Virus record (IMG/VR): IMGVR_UViG_3300024500_000017 | Strand: one strand, 5' to 3' | Length of the DNA: 64,000 nucleotides | DNA from: an uncultured virus (IMG/VR IMGVR_UViG_3300024500_000017) | Taxonomy: Duplodnaviria > Heunggongvirae > Uroviricota > Caudoviricetes | Shown: positions 59,063-64,000 of the stretch, piece after piece | How the letters are laid out: every line of letters starts with the position of its first letter | Position numbering within the stretch: position 1 is the stretch's first letter | Position numbers and translations under genes: made by a program | The notes under the pieces: generated by a model | What the model was told of the DNA's origin: nothing | The model's database searches: none | What the model saw: only the letters and a program-made list of their open reading frames with translations

Positions 59063-61246
59063 ATGGCGACTCCTCAATTGTCTCCCGGTGTAATTACTAG
59101 GGAAGTTGATTTAACAGTCGGGAGAGCTGAAAATGTATTAGATAATATTGGTGCAATTGCTGGACCCTTTGCAATCGGACCAGTTGAGCAAGCAATTGAT
59201 ATTAATACCGAACAGGAGTTAATTAGTACTTTCGGCAAACCAATTTCAACTGATGCTCAATATGAATATTGGATGAGTGCTTCATCTTATCTTTCATACG
59301 GTGGTATCTTGAAAGTTGTGAGAACAGATGGTGCTACTTTAAATAATGCAAATGCTGGAGTTGGCGCAGCTTCTACTTCTTCGGCAAAGATTAAAAATTA
59401 TGAAGATTATAATGCTAACTGGGCAACAGCAACAAATTTCACATTTTCCGCAAAAAACCCAGGATCATGGGGAAACAAATTAAAAGTTTGTTTAATTGAC
59501 GATCTAGCAGATCAGAGAATTACCATTGCATCAACTAATCCAGGTTCAATTGGAGCAATTGTTGGATATGGTATAACAACCCCAATTAGCAATGCAGTTC
59601 TTGCTGGAGCAGGTTCAACATCCGTATTTAATGGTTACTTAAAAGGTATTATTACTGGAGTAACTACTGATGCAACAAATGGTAACAGTAGTATAGATGT
59701 AAAGATTCTATCCAGAGTATCCGCCGCTAATACGGAGACTGCAACAACATATGCTCAAGGAAGTGAAATAGATTCTTTCCAAGCATCAGACACTCTCACT
59801 TTTGTCAATAATTCAGGTTCCACTGCTGGTACATCTACAGTTGCTACTGCATTAGATTGGTATGATCAGCAAACTCTTGGTTTAACAAACTCTATAATTT
59901 ACTGGAAGTCCATAGCTCCAAAGCCAATTTCAAATAATTATTCAATTCAGAGAAATGGTAAGAATGATGCGATGCATATCGCAATCGTTGATGATACTGG
60001 CGCAATTACTGGAGTTCAGGGAAATGTTCTTGAAAAGCATTTAAGTCTTTCAAAAGCGGCAGATTCGGTATCTTCCGTAAACTCCCCCCAGAAAATTTGG
60101 TATAAAAATTTCTTATCAAATTTCTCATCCTACATTTATGCTGGATATAATCCATCTAATGGTGCGGATTCTTATCATGGAACCTCTCCAAAAGCAACTG
60201 GATTCTCTTCGGGTTACACCCCATATACAACATCACAAGGTCTTTGGGGACAAGATGCACAAAACATAGTTTATAGTGCAATTGGAAATGTAACCTACAC
60301 TCTTGTTGGTGGTGTTGATTATTCTTCTACTGGTGGTATGCAAGCGACTTTATCAAATATTTCTACTGCATATGATCTTTTTGCCAACAAAGATGATGTT
60401 CAGGTTGATTTTCTGATCAACGGTCCTGGACTTACAAATGAATCCGAGTCTCAAGCAAAAGCTAATAAGTTAATATCAATTGCTGAAGGTAGAAAAGATT
60501 GTATTGCTGTAATTTCTCCTCACAGAGATGGCGTAGTTAATTTATCAAATACTACTACACAAACAACAAACATAGTTAGATTCTTCAGCGCACTTTCCTC
60601 TTCATCTTATGCAGTATTTGATAGTGGATATAAGTACACTTATGATAGGTTTAATAACCTTTTCCGATATGTACCATGCAATGCAGACATTGCTGGTCTA
60701 ATGATGAGAACGAATATCAATTCCTTCCCATGGTATTCACCAGCTGGTCAGCAAAGAGGTGTATTAAATAATGCAATTAAACTTGCATATAATCCAAATA
60801 AACCACAAAGAGATCTGCTTTACACTTCCAGAGTTAACTCAATTATCAGTCAACCTGGTATCGGCATTTACCTCTTTGGCGATAAAACTGCTCTAGCATA
60901 TGCCTCAGCATTTGATAGAATTAATGTTAGAAGATTGTTCCTAACCATTGAACAATCTCTAGAAAAAGCTTCTCAAGCACAACTATTTGAAATCAACGAT
61001 CAAGTTACAAGGGCAAACTTTGTAAATATTGTTGAACCATATCTTCGCGATGTACAAGCAAAGAGAGGTATTTACGACTTCTTAGTGATTTGCGACGAAA
61101 CAAACAACACTCCAGATGTCATTGACAACAATGAGTTTAGGGCAGACATCTTCCTCAAACCATCAAAATCAATTAACTATGTTACTCTAACATTTGTAGC
61201 GACGCGCACAGGCGTAAGTTTTGAAGAAGTTGCTGGTAGAGTTTAA
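59063..61246 (+). CDS. g18: tail sheath protein gp18
   Basis: SPGVITREVDLT, PWYSPAG, FDRINVRRLF; late promoter at 59022. Confidence 0.96.
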   Translation: MATPQLSPGVITREVDLTVGRAENVLDNIGAIAGPFAIGPVEQAIDINTEQELISTFGKPISTDAQYEYWMSASSYLSYGGILKVVRTDGATLNNANAGVGAASTSSAKIKNYEDYNANWATATNFTFSAKNPGSWGNKLKVCLIDDLADQRITIASTNPGSIGAIVGYGITTPISNAVLAGAGSTSVFNGYLKGIITGVTTDATNGNSSIDVKILSRVSAANTETATTYAQGSEIDSFQASDTLTFVNNSGSTAGTSTVATALDWYDQQTLGLTNSIIYWKSIAPKPISNNYSIQRNGKNDAMHIAIVDDTGAITGVQGNVLEKHLSLSKAADSVSSVNSPQKIWYKNFLSNFSSYIYAGYNPSNGADSYHGTSPKATGFSSGYTPYTTSQGLWGQDAQNIVYSAIGNVTYTLVGGVDYSSTGGMQATLSNISTAYDLFANKDDVQVDFLINGPGLTNESESQAKANKLISIAEGRKDCIAVISPHRDGVVNLSNTTTQTTNIVRFFSALSSSSYAVFDSGYKYTYDRFNNLFRYVPCNADIAGLMMRTNINSFPWYSPAGQQRGVLNNAIKLAYNPNKPQRDLLYTSRVNSIISQPGIGIYLFGDKTALAYASAFDRINVRRLFLTIEQSLEKASQAQLFEINDQVTRANFVNIVEPYLRDVQAKRGIYDFLVICDETNNTPDVIDNNEFRADIFLKPSKSINYVTLTFVATRTGVSFEEVAGRV

Positions 61247-61280
61247 TTAATTTAAATTAATCAAAAGGAGGAACTAAAAA

Positions 61281-61931
61281 ATGTCTACTCTCAGAACAAT
61301 CACAGGTTTTAAAGAAAGACTTGCTGGAGGTGGCGCAAGACCTAATCTATTTGAAGTTGAAATACCATCTTTCCCAGCTCCATTAACAAATTTTTGGAAA
61401 ACTGGTAGTAGCAATCAAATAGAAACATTTAAGTTTCTATGTAAAGCAGCTGCTCTTCCTGCTTCAAATATTGCTTCAATTGATGTACCTTTTAGAGGTA
61501 GAATTTTGAAAGTTGCGGGTGATAGAACCTTCGATGTTTGGACAGTCACTATCATCAATGATGAAGATTTCCAATTAAGAAGTGCTTTTGAATTGTGGAT
61601 GAATAATATCAGCAAACTTGATAATAATAGCGGTGCTACTAATCCAAGTTCCTATATGACCGATGCCTTTGTACACCAACTTGGCAGAGGATATGATAAG
61701 GGAAGATTTTCTACCACAAATAATGGTGGTGCTGCACAACCTTCTGTTGATGTTACTCCATTAAGAACTTACAAATTTGATGGAATTTTCCCAACTGCAA
61801 TTTCTGCAATTGATCTTTCATATGATTCTTCAGATGCAATTGAAGAATATACTGTAGAGTTCCAAGTTCAATACTGGAGTGCAGGAAAAGGTCCAGCTAG
61901 AAATGATGCAACTGGTGTTCAAATTAGCTGA
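61281..61931 (+). CDS. g19: tail tube protein gp19
   Basis: GGGARPNLFEV, VPFRGR.LKVAGDRTF, IEEYTVEFQVQYW. Confidence 0.96.
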   Translation: MSTLRTITGFKERLAGGGARPNLFEVEIPSFPAPLTNFWKTGSSNQIETFKFLCKAAALPASNIASIDVPFRGRILKVAGDRTFDVWTVTIINDEDFQLRSAFELWMNNISKLDNNSGATNPSSYMTDAFVHQLGRGYDKGRFSTTNNGGAAQPSVDVTPLRTYKFDGIFPTAISAIDLSYDSSDAIEEYTVEFQVQYWSAGKGPARNDATGVQIS

Positions 61932-61961
61932 TAAATAGTCAGAAACCAATTTCAATAAATC

Positions 61962-63656
61962 ATGTCAAAATTATTTGGATTCTCTATTGAGGATAATGAA
62001 CCACTATCTCCAAGTACGGTCTCTCCCGTTCCTCCAAATAATGAGGATGGGTCAGACCACTACTTGAGTAGTGGTTTTTTTGGTTCATATGTAGATATTG
62101 AAGGTGTTTATAGAACTGAATTTGATTTAATTAAAAGATATCGTGAAATGGCACTTCATCCAGAGTGTGATAGTGCCATTGAAGATATTGTAAATGAAGC
62201 CATAGTGTCGGATACAAATGACAGTCCAGTAGAAATTGAACTTTCAAATCTGAACGCTAGTGATGGTATTAAGAATAAAATACGACAAGAATTCAAACAT
62301 ATTTTATCACTTTTAGATTTTGATAAAAAATCTCACGAAATTTATAGGAATTGGTATATTGATGGAAGGTTATTTTATCACAAAGTAATTGATCTAAAGA
62401 ATCCACAAGAAGGAATTCAAGAACTTCGTTACATAGACGCAATTAAAATGCGTTATGTGAGACAACATAAAAAGAATGAGAAAGATAACAACAGATATAG
62501 ACTGTCTAATATAAATGCTGATAATCCAATGGATTATGAGTTTCCTGAAATTGAGGAATATTTCATCTATAATCCAAAGATGACATATCCAACCACAAAT
62601 CCATCTTCTTTAGGTGGAAATACTGGAATTAAAATGTCAAAGGATTCTATCACATATTGCACCTCAGGTCTTGTAGATAGGAATAAGGGATCAACACTTT
62701 CATATCTTCATAAAGCAATCAAGTCCCTCAATCAACTGCGAATGATTGAAGACTCACTGGTAATTTATCGTCTGTCTCGTGCGCCAGAAAGAAGAATTTT
62801 TTATATTGATGTAGGTAATCTACCAAAGGTTAAGGCGGAACAATATCTTCGTGATGTTATGATGCGTTATCGCAATAAACTGGTATATGATGCAAGCACC
62901 GGAGAAATTCGCGATGATAAAAAATTCATGGCAATGCTTGAGGACTTCTGGCTCCCAAGAAGAGAAGGTGGTAGAGGAACTGAAATCTCTACACTTCCTG
63001 GTGGTCAAAACCTTGGAGAGATTACAGATATTGAATATTTTAAGAAGAAACTTTATCGTTCACTAAATGTCCCACCATCAAGAATGGATGGAGAAGGTGG
63101 ATTTAATCTTGGTCGGTCATCAGAAATTCTGAGAGATGAAGTTAAGTTTAGCAAGTTTGTTGCTCGTTTGAGAAAAAGATTCTCATACATGTTCCATGAT
63201 ATGTTGAGAACGCAATTGATTCTCAAAAATATTATCACTCCAGAAGACTGGGAAATTATGAGTGAGCATATTCAATATGACTTCTTATATGATAATCACT
63301 TTGCTGAACTCAAGGATGCTGAGTTACTCAATGAAAGATTGAATATGGTTCAGATTGCAGAACCTTATGTTGGAAAGTATTTTTCTCAAGATTATTTGAG
63401 AAGAAAGATTCTTCGTCAAACTGATGAAGAAATTCTTGAGCAGGATAAAATTATGAAAAAAGAAATTAAAGATGGTATTATTCCAGATCCAAATGCACCA
63501 ATAGATCCAATGACAGGTATGCCATTAGAACCTGGACAACAACCTGCAGGAATGAATTTGGGACAACCAGTGATGGAACCAAATTTAGATGCTCAAGGTG
63601 CTGCCACCGAAGCAAGTGGTAAAATTGCAGAAATGCCTAAGGGTGGAGAAATTTAA
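61962..63656 (+). CDS. g20: portal vertex protein gp20
   Basis: RAPERRIFYIDVGNLPK, EDFWLPRREGGRGTEI.TLPGG; late promoter at 61930. Confidence 0.97.
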   Translation: MSKLFGFSIEDNEPLSPSTVSPVPPNNEDGSDHYLSSGFFGSYVDIEGVYRTEFDLIKRYREMALHPECDSAIEDIVNEAIVSDTNDSPVEIELSNLNASDGIKNKIRQEFKHILSLLDFDKKSHEIYRNWYIDGRLFYHKVIDLKNPQEGIQELRYIDAIKMRYVRQHKKNEKDNNRYRLSNINADNPMDYEFPEIEEYFIYNPKMTYPTTNPSSLGGNTGIKMSKDSITYCTSGLVDRNKGSTLSYLHKAIKSLNQLRMIEDSLVIYRLSRAPERRIFYIDVGNLPKVKAEQYLRDVMMRYRNKLVYDASTGEIRDDKKFMAMLEDFWLPRREGGRGTEISTLPGGQNLGEITDIEYFKKKLYRSLNVPPSRMDGEGGFNLGRSSEILRDEVKFSKFVARLRKRFSYMFHDMLRTQLILKNIITPEDWEIMSEHIQYDFLYDNHFAELKDAELLNERLNMVQIAEPYVGKYFSQDYLRRKILRQTDEEILEQDKIMKKEIKDGIIPDPNAPIDPMTGMPLEPGQQPAGMNLGQPVMEPNLDAQGAATEASGKIAEMPKGGEI

Positions 63657-63690
63657 TAAATACTAGAGATTACTTATGAGTTTATTAAAA

Positions 63691-63852
63691 ATGGATGATC
63701 TTATGGATATGATTGTCTCTGACGAATCACCTTCTCAGATTAGCGACAAAATTAAAGAACTTTTATTCACAAAATCAGCAGAAAAAATAGATTCTTTCCG
63801 ACCTTCTGTTGCAGTTTCAATGTTTTCTGGAGAAGTAGAAGAGGAACAATGA
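63691..63852 (+). CDS. small hypothetical protein after portal (53 aa)
   Basis: MDDLMDMIVSDESPSQISDKIKELLF...; late promoter at 63655. Confidence 0.75.
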   Translation: MDDLMDMIVSDESPSQISDKIKELLFTKSAEKIDSFRPSVAVSMFSGEVEEEQ

Positions 63853-64000
63853 AATCATTTCAACAATTCATCTCAGAATCAGTAAATATTTCCGGAGATT
63901 TTAACGGAAATCTTTACATCAATTCTTCTCAACCAGAACAACAATCAGTTGGTGAAGGATATGTTGCAGATGTAGTATGGAATGGAAGTCTTTATAGGAT
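63849..64000 (+). CDS. 3'-truncated protein with a capsid-targeting-like N-terminus
   Basis: MKSFQQFISESVNISG..., ATGA overlap, open to the window end. Confidence 0.65.
   Translation, partial: MKSFQQFISESVNISGDFNGNLYINSSQPEQQSVGEGYVADVVWNGSLYR

Noticed and set aside
155..63238. Minus-strand ORFs in the track (e.g. 6082-6912, 15039-15653, 1069-1551)
   Set aside because: All are antisense shadows of well-supported + strand genes, with no recognisable motifs
57364..63656. Intein or intron in terminase, sheath or portal genes
   Set aside because: ORFs are uninterrupted and of ordinary length, with no splicing motifs seen
1..64000. tRNA/rRNA genes, integrase, transposase, reverse transcriptase
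   Set aside because: None recognised by eye; tRNAscan-SE and HMM scans would be needed to exclude them formally

Overview
A 64-kb segment of a large T4-like myovirus, most likely a cyanophage (Kyanoviridae-like gene order). Almost all credible genes are on the + strand. Positions 1-26.5 kb form an accessory/early region of densely packed small ORFs. It includes an RmlB-like dehydratase inserted between promoter-carrying direct repeats, a helicase/nuclease/ParB-like/Dam cluster, a coupled restriction-endonuclease-like plus Mom/DruA-like gene pair, a KxDG ligase-fold protein and a GT-A glycosyltransferase. This region is punctuated by ten copies of a promoter cassette with a 22-bp palindrome at a fixed distance from the -10 box, and contains an origin-like non-coding stretch (AT-rich tract, 33-bp tandem repeats, C-tracts). 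Positions 26.6-64 kb are the virion morphogenesis module: gp25, gp6, a 4160-aa gp7, gp8, a split VrlC/DUF4815-like protein, gp13-gp16, a modular 662-aa protein and gp17-gp20, with NATAAATA late promoters and a hidden NblA-like ORF. All product calls come from motif recognition by eye and from synteny; no searches were run.
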